The notes beneath the pieces were generated by a model. That model saw only the letters and a program-made list of their open reading frames with translations. It did no database searches and had not been told where the DNA came from. Shown here piece by piece: positions 1 to 12,454 of a DNA stretch of 64,000 nt. Both the position numbers and the translations under genes were made by a program. This stretch comes from Geosiphon pyriformis uo1 (Eukaryota; Fungi; Glomeromycota): the NCBI GenBank assembly GCA_016748015.1, contig JAAOMT010000633.1:28196-92195 (forward strand). The letters are read 5' to 3'. Position 1 is the stretch's first letter; each line of letters starts with the position of its first letter.

Positions 1-939
1 ATTTAAAATTTCTTGTGATGTTGACACGTTTTCTAACTCTGTTCTGAGGTATCCAATGATGGTATCTTCCGAAATGTAGACAAGTTCTTCTGTGGTGTTT
101 GCAATAGAAATTTTTATCTATTAAGCTTTATTAGCTGGAATAAAAAAATTAGTAAGTCCTATGAGAAACTGTTGACAAGTTTCTGGGTAGAGCTCAAATA
201 TTAGGTCTTTTTCTTTAATTGTCTTTTTTATTCTTATTTCTGATTTTTTATATGGTAGGAGCATGATAGACTGCTCAGTTTTAATTACTTTGCCTTTTTC
301 TTCTATTGTTTCAGCAAAATTTGCTTCAATTTCTTTTCCTGTCGATCTGAAACCAAAAGTTCCTTTCATTATTTGTAACAATTCCTCACAATTTTTTACT
401 GGCACAAATTTCCCAATTTTTACCAATGGTAGAAAAATTGCTTGTGCAATTTTTTCCTTAGATTCAATGATATAAGGCTTTTCTGAATTGTTCTGTAGTA
501 AAACCATCAAATTTCCAGAGTATCCAGAGTCACTTACTCTTCCTTAAACACTTATTCTTTTTTTCACAAGACTTGATTGTGATGCTATTTGAATCATTAT
601 TTCTGGGGGAATTTCAACCACTATTTTTAGGTCAATTTTGGTGATGCTTCTGGGTGGATTTGTCTTTCAGATAACATAGATCAAATCCAGTGTCAGTTGG
701 ATAGGCTCTTTTGGGTATTATTCTTAAGTGTCTGTTGTCAAAATATTGGATGTCAATCATCTGTTCTAGGTCAGTATAGACTACAAATTTTTTTGACTCA
801 GGACCATCAAATGAGTCTTGTTGATTTATTGATTGATTTTGAGACTGCTGATTCTCAATTTCTATTTTTCTTTCTAAGTCTCTTTTGTCTTGACACTCTT
901 CACAGCACTGAATTTGGCACGGGATAAGACAGTTTTTGC
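1..939 (-). pseudogene. pol: Z pol fragment: last Cys cluster, dUTPase and post-dUTPase domain (stops and frameshift)
   Basis: ORFs 632-985 (AYPTDTGFDLCY) and 121-510 (LLQNNSEK, KIAQAIF, GTFGFRSTG) are near-identical to C 12250-13200. Confidence 0.9.
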
Positions 940-1793
940 TGTTATAGGTAACTATTTCTGGTGTTAAATTAAATAACAAACCCATAACTTGGTGCTAAAA
1001 GTTATTTGCATTGATGTTATTAATCTGAAGGTTTTGTATCTAAAGGTTTCAGTTTGAGTTCTTTGTATAATAAACAGAGATTCAATAGTGGTTTTATCCA
1101 TAGCTTCTCAGAATCACAATTTTGTCAATTTTTCTCTCGGTATGATGGCCAGCAATTCTCTAGTAAGTATTTCATATTTTTTGTATGTGTCCTACTCTCT
1201 TGCAAGAGTCTTTTACCAAGCAATCTTTAATGTCAGTAATCTAGCACTTTATTCACCCAATTAGTGCACAACAATAAAATAAAAATAAAATAAAAAAAAG
1301 AAATAAAAGAAAATAAAGAAAAAAAAAAAATAAGCCAAGATGATTTGCAAGTTAATATTCCGTCAATAGCTGTGATCAAGAGCTATTGTTCCAGTGTGGT
1401 TAAGTATCAATTATTATCAACATGGAGTGTTGATAGTGGAATTAGGTTTGAGATACCAAATAGTTATTTATTGTGTTTGGAAAGTTGTCTAGATGAAATC
1501 TAAACTTGGAGGTCTGTTTCTTTTAGCTTCTCATACTACTGCTATATATACATAATTAAGATTTCTCAATTCCTCAATTTTTCACAACAGGAATTCTGGA
1601 ATTTCTGGAATGCTGCAATTTCTTTGAGAAGAATCCTGGAATTCTGGAATCCTGCAATTCCTCGTAAGACTCCTGTAATTTCTGGGATCCTGCAATTCCT
1701 GAGAAAAATCCTGGAATTCCACATTTACTACATCTACTTCTGATTGGCTAATAACTATGCTAATATATATTCCCTATATTTCTATGAGTAACA
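940..1793 (-). repeat. A 3' LTR (854 bp)
   Basis: Plus-strand termini TGTTAT...GTAACA; direct repeat of 29745-30598; PPT adjacent. Confidence 0.93.
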
Positions 1794-1808
1794 TTATTCC
1801 CTCCTTTT
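1794..1808 (-). promoter_or_regulatory. A polypurine tract
   Basis: Minus strand reads AAAAGGAGGGAATAA directly before the LTR start TGTTAC. Confidence 0.88.
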
Positions 1809-2466
1809 AATATTGAGCTCCATTGAAATCCAATTCTGTTAATTCCCTCTCTTGAAGTATTTTCTGAATTTTGTTTTTGAGAATTACTTGTGCTATTTGA
1901 GTCTGTAATTCTTCAAATTGAGTGTTGGTGATCTTTCCTAATTGATTATTGGTAACTGTATCTATTGCTTTGTTGAGTAAGATTCTTGGTCAATTTTAAA
2001 ATGCTGTGTGTATTCGGTATATGGCTTGGATCTGTGTGGATAAGTTGTTCTTTCTCACAAAATGTTCTAATTGTTGTAGTATTCTTGTGTCAAATAATTA
2101 CTTTGTTTTATCTGTATATAGATTCTAGATATTCACGTGTTGTCCCAAGTAAAAATAACAATAGTTTCTTGGAAATTGTTGTATCCACCAATTCCAAGTT
2201 TCTTTAGTCAACTCTTGGTATAGTGACTCTTTTGACGACTCTTTTATTGCTAATTTTACTTTTGCTATGATTTTGTCAATAGTATTTTCTGTTTTCTTCT
2301 GTGTTCTATGTGGCGATGTCTTTCTAGTGTCTTGATATTAGATGGTTTGTTGATTAATTGTAATTTCCATCTCTTGGTGTTGAATTAATTAAAAGAGTTG
2401 TTGTGCTAGTGAGTAGATGTTGTTTGTAATTTCCATTTTTTTGATATTTCTTGTCACATCTACCAT
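1807..2466 (-). pseudogene. A ORF3, unknown ~220-aa protein (decayed)
   Basis: Reads MVDVTRNIKKMEITNNIYSLAQQ...NYCYFYLGQH...; 660 bp; homologous to ORF3 of B, C, D, E and F. Confidence 0.75.
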
Positions 2467-3496
2467 GTCTTTATATATTCTTTTGATGGATTAATTAATG
2501 TGTTGTTGTCAATAATAATGATTGGTTCCAGATCTTGTAAAATCTCCTCTGGTTGGACTAGTATCTTCTGTACTCTTAATTGTAGAATATTATTGGTGGA
2601 TTGTGATGTAATGTTGTGGTATGGTTTTAGTCAATCTCTATGTGCTGCTTTGGTTAAGATTTTGTTATCCAGTCTTAATTTGTAAGCTCTATTTCCTAGA
2701 ATTTCTTCTATGTGAAATGGTCCATCCTATTTGGAGTCAAATTTTCCACTTCATTGTTTTTCCGCTTTGGTATGATGTAAGAGTACTTTGTCTTCAATTT
2801 TGAATTCAACTGGTTTGTTTAATAGTTGATTATCATGTCTTTCCTTCTGTTTTTTTGTAACTTTTGTATGTTATCAGCTGCTTTTCTTTGTTTGTTTTCT
2901 AATGTTTCCATTAGGTCATATGTTTTTCATAATAATGTCTCTTGGAAATTCTCTTTTGTTATTGGTTCAGTTAGATATGTGTTAACCTCTATCTCAACTG
3001 GTAATGTTGCTGTTTTACCATATATTAATTTAAATGGTGTTGCTTGTGTGGTGTCTTGTTTTATTGTCTGATAAGCAAATAATACTAATAGTATGAACAA
3101 ATCCTATTTGTCCTGGTTTTCTTGGCTGAGTTTTGCTATTGCTTTACACAATGTTCTATTAAATCTTTCAACTAATCTATTGGTTTGTAGATAGTATGGT
3201 GATGATAGTGGTCTCTTAATTCCGAATCTTTGGCTTAGTTCTGCTAATGTTCTATTCACAAAATAGGTTTCTTGGTCTGATAATAGGTTTTTTGGACATT
3301 CATGTCAACAAATCAGATCTTGATGGATGAATTTGGCAATGAATTCTGCATCCACTTTTTGGATTGCTTTTGCTTCTGGCCATTTAGTAAGATAGTCCAT
3401 GACTACTACAATGTATCTATTGCTTCTGCTGGTAATTGTCAATGGTCTGACTAAATTAATTCCAATGTGGTCAAATGGTTGTCCCACTTTGATTGG
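2460..3496 (-). pseudogene. int: A integrase core and C-terminus (N-terminus at 23017-23395)
   Basis: VGQPFDHIGINLV...VVMDYLTKWPEA, SDQETYF and WDGPFH motifs. Confidence 0.92.
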
Positions 3497-4386
3497 TGTT
3501 ATTCATAGAATATAGGAAATATAGTATTATTAGTCAGTAGATATTAGTCATCAGAAGTAGACATAGTAAATGTGAAATTCCAGAATTCCTCTCAGAGGAA
3601 TTGCAGGATTCCAGGAATTTCAGGATTCTCTGATGAGGAATTGCAGAATTCCAGAATTCCAGAATTTTTTTTATCAGGAATCGCAAGATTCCAAGAATTC
3701 CAGGATTCCTGTCGCAAAGAATTAAGGAATTGAGGAATCTCACTTATGTATATATAGCAGTAGAATTAGAAGCTGAAAAGGCAGATCTCTCAGTTTAGAT
3801 TTAATCTAAGCAACATTCCAGTTCTCAATCATCAAATAAATAATTATTCTATATCTCAACTCACTCTTTACTATCAACACTTTATGTTGATAGTAATTGA
3901 TACTTAACCACGCTAGAACAATAGCTTTTAATCACGGCTATTGACGAGATACTAACATACCAAATTGTCTTGGCTTATTTTATCTATTTTCTTTATTTTT
4001 ATTTTCTTTATTTTATTTTCTTTCTTTTTTTGATTTTGTTGTTGTATACTAATTGATTAAAAAATTAAGCACTGAGTTATTGATGTCAAGGATAGCCTGG
4101 TAAAAGACCCAGAAATAAGGGTAGGATTTTATATATTATCAGATAGCTTACCAGAAGGGCATGACTGCCAGACTAAATCAGGCCACCATGCTGAGAAAAA
4201 AATTGAGAAAACTTTTGGAAAGATACATCTACTATCAACACTATTAAATCTCTGTCCATTATACAAAGGACTTCATCAAAATCTTCAGATACAATACTTG
4301 CAGAACTTTATCCACAGAAGTAGCTTTTGAGCACCAAGTTACAGGTTTGTTATTTAATTCAACAGCAGAAATAATCACCTGTAACA
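3497..4386 (+). repeat. B 5' LTR (890 bp)
   Basis: TGTTAT...GTAACA; matches 22143-23016; contains a GGAATTCC-type repeat array and TATATATA. Confidence 0.95.
3573..3740 (+). repeat. U3 tandem array of GGAATT(C/G)CAGGATTC-type units in A/B/E LTRs
   Basis: Repeated gaattcca/ggattcca units. Also present at ~1567-1720, 22221-22370, 30367-30525, 39546-39655 and 48676-48840. Confidence 0.85.
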
Positions 4387-4388
4387 TT

Positions 4389-4401
4389 TGGTGCTCCCTG
4401 T
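4389..4401 (+). promoter_or_regulatory. B primer-binding site (TGGTGCTCCCTGT)
   Basis: TGG lies 2 nt after the LTR end. The A/B/E consensus TGGTGCTCCCTGTGAGG resembles the complement of a tRNA-Ile(UAU)-like 3' end (inference). Confidence 0.85.
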
Positions 4402-4466
4402 AAAATATAATCTTACAGAGAACCAGCACCAACAACACCAAACCAAAAGTAGCAGAATCAGAAATA

Positions 4467-7400
4467 ATAGAGACAAACCATCTAGGATTCGCAAAATCAT
4501 TATTTCAACAGTACAGCCAGCAGTTAGGCCTAAACAACAACCATTACCCAGCAGAATCAGCTTTCAACTTTTACGTCAATGAAAGAATCACAGATTTCCT
4601 AGGAAGACCAATTGACATTGAATCAGCAAGAGAAAATTTCTATTTGGAACTAATCTAACACACCAACTTACTCAGAAATCACAGCTTTGCACCCATCATT
4701 AAAGAAATCAACTAAGAAATTGAAAGATATACACAAAAAACATTCCCTATTACTTACCAGGACAAAGACAAAGAAAAACTACAAACACCAGCAGTAACAC
4801 TCAAAGGAATACAAATTCTTAATTGGAAGAAACAAAGAATTAAATCTTTGATATATCCATCATATTATCACATGCCTGGAAGTACCATCAACATCACATC
4901 AGTAGACACGTCTATCAATACAAAGACACTGTAGCAAAAATTGCATTTTGGAGTAAACAAAAGAAAAATGAACTATTAGGAGCATATGGCAATTATTTTG
5001 AAGGATTTAAATTGAGATCGCCAACACCATCAGGATTTCAATCACCACCTTATCAGCCAGATTTTGGAACCGTCAGTCTCTGGGAAATTACTGAATTAGA
5101 AGAAAAAAAAGACGAGGATCAAGAATTTAATTACCAAAACCTGATGCTAAAAGACCCGAACATTCAAACTCAGCAACATTTAGAAAATTCGGAAATCAAA
5201 ACTCCGAATATTCGAACTCCGCCAAATCAAAGAAATCAAAACCCCAAGTTAATTTATCAACCAAATTTACCTTCAGTTATTGTCATCAATCAACCATCTA
5301 TTGAGCTGATCGGTAAGCCAATTAAACTACTTCAAGTACCATCCCAACAACTGTTACCTCTTTAACAACCACTTTAACAGCCACCACAACCACCCAACTT
5401 AGATTTAATGGCCTACGCACCAATTGCAAAACTTGACAACTTTATCAGCAAAGAGAACGACACTCAAGTATGGCTGAATAATGTAGAAAAAACCATCACA
5501 GCCAATAGATGGAATGACGCCTGGGCAATACAAGCCATTCTCTACTTTCTCAAGGATACTGCTGATTCATAGTACCAAAGCTTGATTAATAAACCACAAG
5601 ATTTCAATGCCTTCAAAGTGGAATTTCTAAGATACTTCAGCAACAATAACAGCATCAATTGCCTAGTCAATATATTTACCACCATGAAACAAGGAGAAAC
5701 TGAAGCAGTCACCACTTACCTGAGATGCTTCCATTGAAATCTGTGCCAAATTCAAGCAATTGATGCCAACTACTTCACAGCACCACAAATCCTCAACCAG
5801 TTTATCCGTGGCCTGCACAGCAGCATCCTGCAACATGTACGTCCATTGCATTCAGGCACACTTCAAGACACAGTCACATGCACCAGAGATTTTGAATCCA
5901 TTGAGTTAGAGACCAACCACATCCAAGCCATTAATCTAGTAATGAACAGATCATCTGAATTGGATTCCAAATTGGAGAAGTTCAGTGAATCAATTAATAA
6001 GAGATTAGAAGGATACTTAACTGACAATTACACCATTTATCAGCCTCCACAACGACGCAATAATCAAGGAAACTCTACTTGTGGCCAAAATCAACCACGT
6101 TCATCTTCATCAGCCAATCAACAGTGGCAACAGGAAACACATATCTGCCACTATTGTGGTAGACAAGGACATATTCAAATCAACTGCTGCCAGTGTTTAA
6201 ATAACCAATGATTGGGAAATCAATATCAAAATCCTGATTGCTGGTTCTCAACTCCAAATCATCAATCAAACTCAACACAATATCAAACTACTTACTTGCC
6301 AATGATACAGCAATCAATTTATCAACCACCAGTATATCAAGTTCCAACTTATCAACCAACGGCCCCAATTTATTAGCCACAGCCACAGGTAATATATCAA
6401 CCACAACTGCCAACAATCTATCGACCCCAAACAATTCAGATCTCACCACAAAACTTACTAGCCAGTAGAATCCAAAGACTGAGAATTACACAACAAAACT
6501 GGAGATCATCGATGGTAGTTTATCAGCCAATCCTCAGCTTTTTCAGTCAAACAGGATCTCGTCAATGGAATTTGGGTGCCAGGAATTCCCAAAACCCAAA
6601 TTTCCAGAACTATTTAAGTCTCCTGGTTACCCCAGAAGACGTCTCACCCAGCAACCAGGAACCCACCCAAAAACAACAAACATGTACCAGCAATATTTCA
6701 CCAGCAACAGTCACCAATGACAAATCACTGGACACCATTTTCTTATTCAAACTCGAGAAACTGTCAACTATGCCATTATTTAGTAGAGCCGTACTGGAAG
6801 AAAAGCCAATTACTGCCATATACACTAATGCAAAAATTGATGGCTATCTCATCAAACTAATTCTTAACAGTGGTTCAGCAGGCAGTATCATTACACGACA
6901 ACTCATGGATCAATTAGGTTGCTGAGTTGATCGTGCTGCTAGCACCAGAATCATCACAGCTGATGGAGAGACCAAAACTCCAATCGGTGAAATCGATGAC
7001 TTACCAATCAAAATTAACGGCATTACAGTACCAATCAAAGTACTCGTTATGGAAGCCACCTAATACTAAGCTCTAGTTGGTAATAACTGGCTGTCTAAGA
7101 CAAACGCCACTCTGAACTGGAATACACAAGAGCTTCAACTTAGCCAGAATGGGCAACACACGTGAGCACCAGCAACATGTGGCCACTTTAAGGCTACCAA
7201 CACCACGGCACCACTAATCAATTTCGAGAAAGAAAAACCAAAACCTACCTGGGAAGCCTACCAAGTGTCGTGGGCTGATGAAGAGCACAATGAGCTGCCA
7301 CCAATACTCTCTTGGGATGACAACAGAAAAGAAAAGCAGACAAATGAACTTACCTGGAAAACTGATGATCTGACTTGGACCGACAACAAACAAGAAGAAA

Positions 7401-8178
7401 CCTCCAGTTGGGAATAAAATGAAGATAAGAGAAAAAAAAAAAAAGGAAGAAGGAACACCACCAACCACTGCCATTTATAATTTCTACACCCACCACACTT
7501 CACAACAATCCAATTATCGACAGCCAAAGCTTGTATGTGTCGATTGCAGTAAGAAACTGTCGTCAATGGGCACATACTATGGCGACAATGAAGAATACCA
7601 CACCGCAACAAAGTTCTATTGTCATCCATGCTTACTCGAATGCTTTGGATGACCAATAAGGCAAGAAAAATGGGATAACCAACTTTGTCTCACTTGTGAG
7701 GAGACTCTGCTAGATGAAGAGATGTGGAATGACATCCCAGAATGTGGAGGAACATGTAATGCATCATGTCAATACATGATTCTAATAAGCAACTGGGTAA
7801 AGAAAAGAACACCAATAGAAGCAGCCTAAAGAAGAGCCATGCAGTGGCTGGACAATTGTCCACATGACAATGATAAAATTTGGAGAATGGCAATCAGCAA
7901 AATAGAAGAAGTGACACCCGAAGAGATCAGAGAAATCAAAAACAACCCACCAAAACCCATCAAGCTTGACTGAAACACAGAGCCAGTCATAAATTTTCTG
8001 GAACCAAAAGAGTTCCATGAACACTACCAGAACATGGCACCCACTAGAAAAAAACAAGAACAATGGTTAGCACAGTTGAATACAAGACTGTGTCGCCATT
8101 GTTTAATTTCCAGTGACTTTAAATATTGTGACAATTGTAATTGCATTTACAATCCACCACTACGCATGATCTACACAA
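4467..8178 (+). pseudogene. gag-pol: B gag-pol 5' part: gag, zinc knuckle, protease, Cys-rich domain
   Basis: Capsid-like KQGETEAVTTYL and QFIRGL; CHYCGRQGHIQINC; LILNSGSAGSII; CVDC...YCHPC. Confidence 0.9.
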
Positions 8179-8926
8179 TGTTATGGTTTAAGAATTTAGC
8201 AAAAAGAATCATAAAAATAATACAAACTATTCAATCAAAATATAGCACAGTAATAATCTTAGAAAGGTAATGATTAACATAGTAGCAAACACCATCTCGC
8301 GATAGTGACAAGCACCAGTTCACAATAGCAGCCAACACCAACTGGTGATAGCAGCAAGCACCAGGTTGAAATATCAAAAAGAAAGTATTTTTTTGTAGAA
8401 CTACAAACATGTATATATACAGTAGTTTTAATATTGGGAAAGAATAAATCAAGTAATAAAAATTATAACTTATCAAGCAATAGATCCAATTTTATTCAAC
8501 AAACTCCACTTTAAATCATACTTTCAAATTAAATATCCCAAGAAACCTTTAAAATCAAAAAAAAATGAAAAAGAATATTTAAAACTGAACTATCACAACC
8601 CAAAGTATTAAGAAACTTACTTGTATTATTTATTGAATGAAACTATCATTCATCAACTGAATCCCTTGGAAGAATAATCCTTGATCAAGATTATTCACGT
8701 TGTTACTAATTGATAAAAGCTTTATTGTGAGAATTAGAAAAGTGCTAAAGACCATTAACATTCTGTGTTTCTAGATTAGAGAAACACATCAGGCAATTGC
8801 AAGGATAGTCTCAGAGAAGACCCCAAACAGTGGGTAGATTTCAGTTTAGCCTCTGAGAAGGAGTACATAAACACACACAACAATCAAGAATTAAAGAATA
8901 ACTTACATTGCAACAGTAAAAAGAAA
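8179..8926 (+). repeat. C 5' LTR (3' end lost in N gap)
   Basis: About 97% match by eye to 16661-17408. Confidence 0.93.
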
Positions 8927-9374
8927 NNNNNNNNNNNNNNNNNNNNNNNNNNNNNNNNNNNNNNNNNNNNNNNNNNNNNNNNNNNNNNNNNNNNNNNNNN
9001 NNNNNNNNNNNNNNNNNNNNNNNNNNNNNNNNNNNNNNNNNNNNNNNNNNNNNNNNNNNNNNNNNNNNNNNNNNNNNNNNNNNNNNNNNNNNNNNNNNNN
9101 NNNNNNNNNNNNNNNNNNNNNNNNNNNNNNNNNNNNNNNNNNNNNNNNNNNNNNNNNNNNNNNNNNNNNNNNNNNNNNNNNNNNNNNNNNNNNNNNNNNN
9201 NNNNNNNNNNNNNNNNNNNNNNNNNNNNNNNNNNNNNNNNNNNNNNNNNNNNNNNNNNNNNNNNNNNNNNNNNNNNNNNNNNNNNNNNNNNNNNNNNNNN
9301 NNNNNNNNNNNNNNNNNNNNNNNNNNNNNNNNNNNNNNNNNNNNNNNNNNNNNNNNNNNNNNNNNNNNNNNNNN
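8927..9374. other. Assembly gap
   Basis: Run of N. Confidence 1.
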
Positions 9375-12300
9375 CACCAGCTCAAACGCCAAAGAAAACT
9401 GTCACTCAATCAATAAAGAAACAACGTATTTATTCACCAGAAGATAAATCATACCATTTTTCACCAGAAAATAAGATACAAATTCCATTAGGAGCTGCAT
9501 CATCATCAACATCAACTCCACAAACGCCAAAAACTCCTAGTTATATTGATAAAATTAAACAACATAACTGGGAAGACATACCAATTACAGGAGGATATTT
9601 ATCACTATTCCAAAACCCTCTTTTTCAGCCAAAATTTAGAACGGGGTTTGAAAACCGTGAAGAGGAGTCTGAATCAGAATCCGAAAAAGAGACCAGCGAA
9701 AAAACAATCACAAGACCAGTCACTGGAACAAGCAGCCAGTTCAGAAACCAAGAAACTCATAATCAAGAGGAAGAACCGGATATAAGGGAAGCCATCTTTA
9801 GGAATGCTCAAGGAAATATTATCCCACCTCCTCTTAGACCAATAAACCCACCAGCAGAAAACGGCAACGAAATGACCACACCATACATTGCAAGACTAAC
9901 AGATTTCTCAGGAGAGGAAGAAGAAACGGACATGCACACATGGCTCAGAGAAGCACAAAAAGCCATCCAGGCAAATAACTGGAACAGCCAAAGAGCAATT
10001 CAAACATTACTTTTCTTCCTGAAAGGCACAGCCGACTCGTGGTATCAAAGCCTGGAAACAAAACCCACGAGCTTCGCCGAATTTAAAAATGCACTCCTGG
10101 AGTATTTTAGCGACCCAAATGCTGTAATCCAACTACAGAACGAATTCAATACTATCAAGCAAAATACCAGTGAAACTGTCACCCAATACCTTGCTCGATT
10201 CAATTAAATTCGCCATCAGATTGAAGTGATTGAACAAAGATACTACACTGATCCTCAGGTTTTAAATCAGTTTATTAGAGGATTAAAAAGCAGCATTTTA
10301 GAAAAAGTATGCCCTGCCCACCCTAATTCCTTACCAGAAGCCGTTACGCTCACCAGAGCCCTTGAATCGGCTGAGAAAGAAGCTAACCATAGTCAAATGG
10401 TTAACATGGTAATGGAGGAAAATAAGACAGAAACATTAGAGAAAAGAGTAACGCAATTAGGGGAGGAACTCTCTAAGAAAATAGAAAGTTACCTCATTCT
10501 GGATCCGAGAAAAAATACATACCAACCACCCCAAAGACGCAGCCAGGAAGTCAGTGACAGTCGAAATAATCGCCCGTCGCGCCAGGAATTCAGAACAGAA
10601 ACACGCGCCTGTTATTTTTGCAAACGCATAGGACATTTGATTAGTCAATATCAAATGCAAATGATGCAGGAAGCACGCGAAAATAATTACTACACGTCAC
10701 TCCAAATGCCCAGAAACCAGTACACGCCAATACCACACCAATATCCCACCACGTATCAAAATCAAGGAGCTTACCAGCAACAGCCCATAATAGCCAACCC
10801 GAATTGGCGTCCCGAGGACCGAAATCAGCCCATGTAAAACCAGAACGCATTGGTCCAGAGGAATCCAAACCACGCCGGAACCAATCAGCAAACCAATCCA
10901 AACTACCAAAATTATCAACAAACTTACCTTAATATACCGGAAAACCTAATTATCGGAAACAATGATGGTAGAAACATAAAAAGAACCAAAAATTTCTCCA
11001 AATTGAGCCAGACAATACCACCAGCAGTTGCCACCAAAGATAGCAGCCTCGCAGCTATTTTTCCTTTTGAATTAGAGGAAAACAAGGCTATGTTCAGTGG
11101 AGCAGCATTGGACGAAAAACGCCCAATCACTGCTATATATACGGAAGCCACTGTAAACAATACCTCAATCAAACTTATCTTAGACAGCGGATCCGCTGGA
11201 AGCATCGTAACACTTCAACTAGTAAACCAACTGGGTTTCAAAGTTGATCGTGCTGCGACGTCCCAAATCATAACAGCTGATGGAAGTACAAAGCTGCCTT
11301 ATGGCGAAATCGACTCATTCCCTTTCGAAATTAACGGCATAGTAATACCTACAAAAGTATTAGTAATGGACACTACACAATATCAAGCGTTAGTAGGAAA
11401 TGACTGGCTAACAAAAGCCAACGCCACCCTAGACTGGACCACCCAAGAGCTTCTGATCAATTATAATGGCCACCAGGCCAAAATTCCAGCCACCTGTGGC
11501 CACTTCCAAAAACCCAGTGCCAACCAAAGACCTACCTTTGAATTTGAGGAAAATCCAGCACTACCAGCCATCGAAACCTATCAGCTCTCTTGGGCTAATG
11601 ACCAAAAAACAGGACTACCAGCAGTACCAACGTGGACCAGCGAAGAAAGATCCGAATGGAACCAGGTAAGTTCACGAAGAAACCACCAGCGATGCAGACC
11701 AAAGCTAGAATGCTCGGTTTGCAAGAAAAAACTCTCGTCTATGACTGCGTGCAGCGCACCGGACGAAGACCCAAGAAACCCCACTCACTACTATTGTAAC
11801 CGTTGTAACAAAGAAAAATATGGTTACTCAGAAAGACACGGAAAATGGGACGAGGAACCGTGCCTCGCTTGTGGAGAACCATTACCAAGAGGGTGCGACT
11901 GGAACAACTTACCAGGCAGAGGAGGAACGTGTGACGCAACTTGCCAATACATGATCCTTATCTGTGACTGGGTAAGAGGAGGAATGCCGTTCGAAGCAGC
12001 GTTCAACAGAGCGTTAAAAAAACTACAGCACTACCCACACGACGAGAACGAGTTGTACAACACCACACAAGCCAAAGTAAGAGGAGGAACTGCCGAAGAA
12101 ATACGATGTTGGAAAGAGTCAGCCGAAGTAGCCGATGAAGTCACCAGCTACAACATGTTTGACCCAGTGGACGAATTCCAAGACTACTACCAACAACTAT
12201 GCCCCACTTGACAAGAGCAAGAACAATACCTCGCCCAAATCAACACTTACCTCTGCGAAAACTGTTTCATCCCATGCCAAAGTCAGTGCTGTGAAGAGTG

Positions 12301-12454
12301 TCAAGATGAAAGGGACTTAGAAAGAAAAATGGAAATTGAGAATCAGCAGTCTCAAAATCAATCAATAAATCAACAAGATTCACCTGATGGTCCTGAGTCA
12401 GAAAAATTTGTAGCCTATACCGACCTAGAACAGGTAACCGACATCCGATACTTC

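Noticed and set aside
632-985. ORF starts running from LTRs into pol or integrase (also 22889-23080 and 8034-8270)
   Set aside because: Chance chimeras across insertion junctions.
1567-1720. Palindromic GGAATTCC repeats as a CRISPR array
   Set aside because: Units are short, irregular and lack unique spacers; they sit inside LTR U3 regions and no cas genes are present.
8841-9409. Long ORFs spanning N runs (also 14206-14550 and 62650-63591)
   Set aside because: Artefacts of assembly gaps.
10835-10837. Programmed gag/pol readthrough stop in C
   Set aside because: Z has TGG at this codon, so the TAA arose by G>A decay.
10457-12006. Antisense ORFs over gag-pol
   Set aside because: Shadow frames of coding sequence with no recognisable motifs; they recur only because the elements are homologous.
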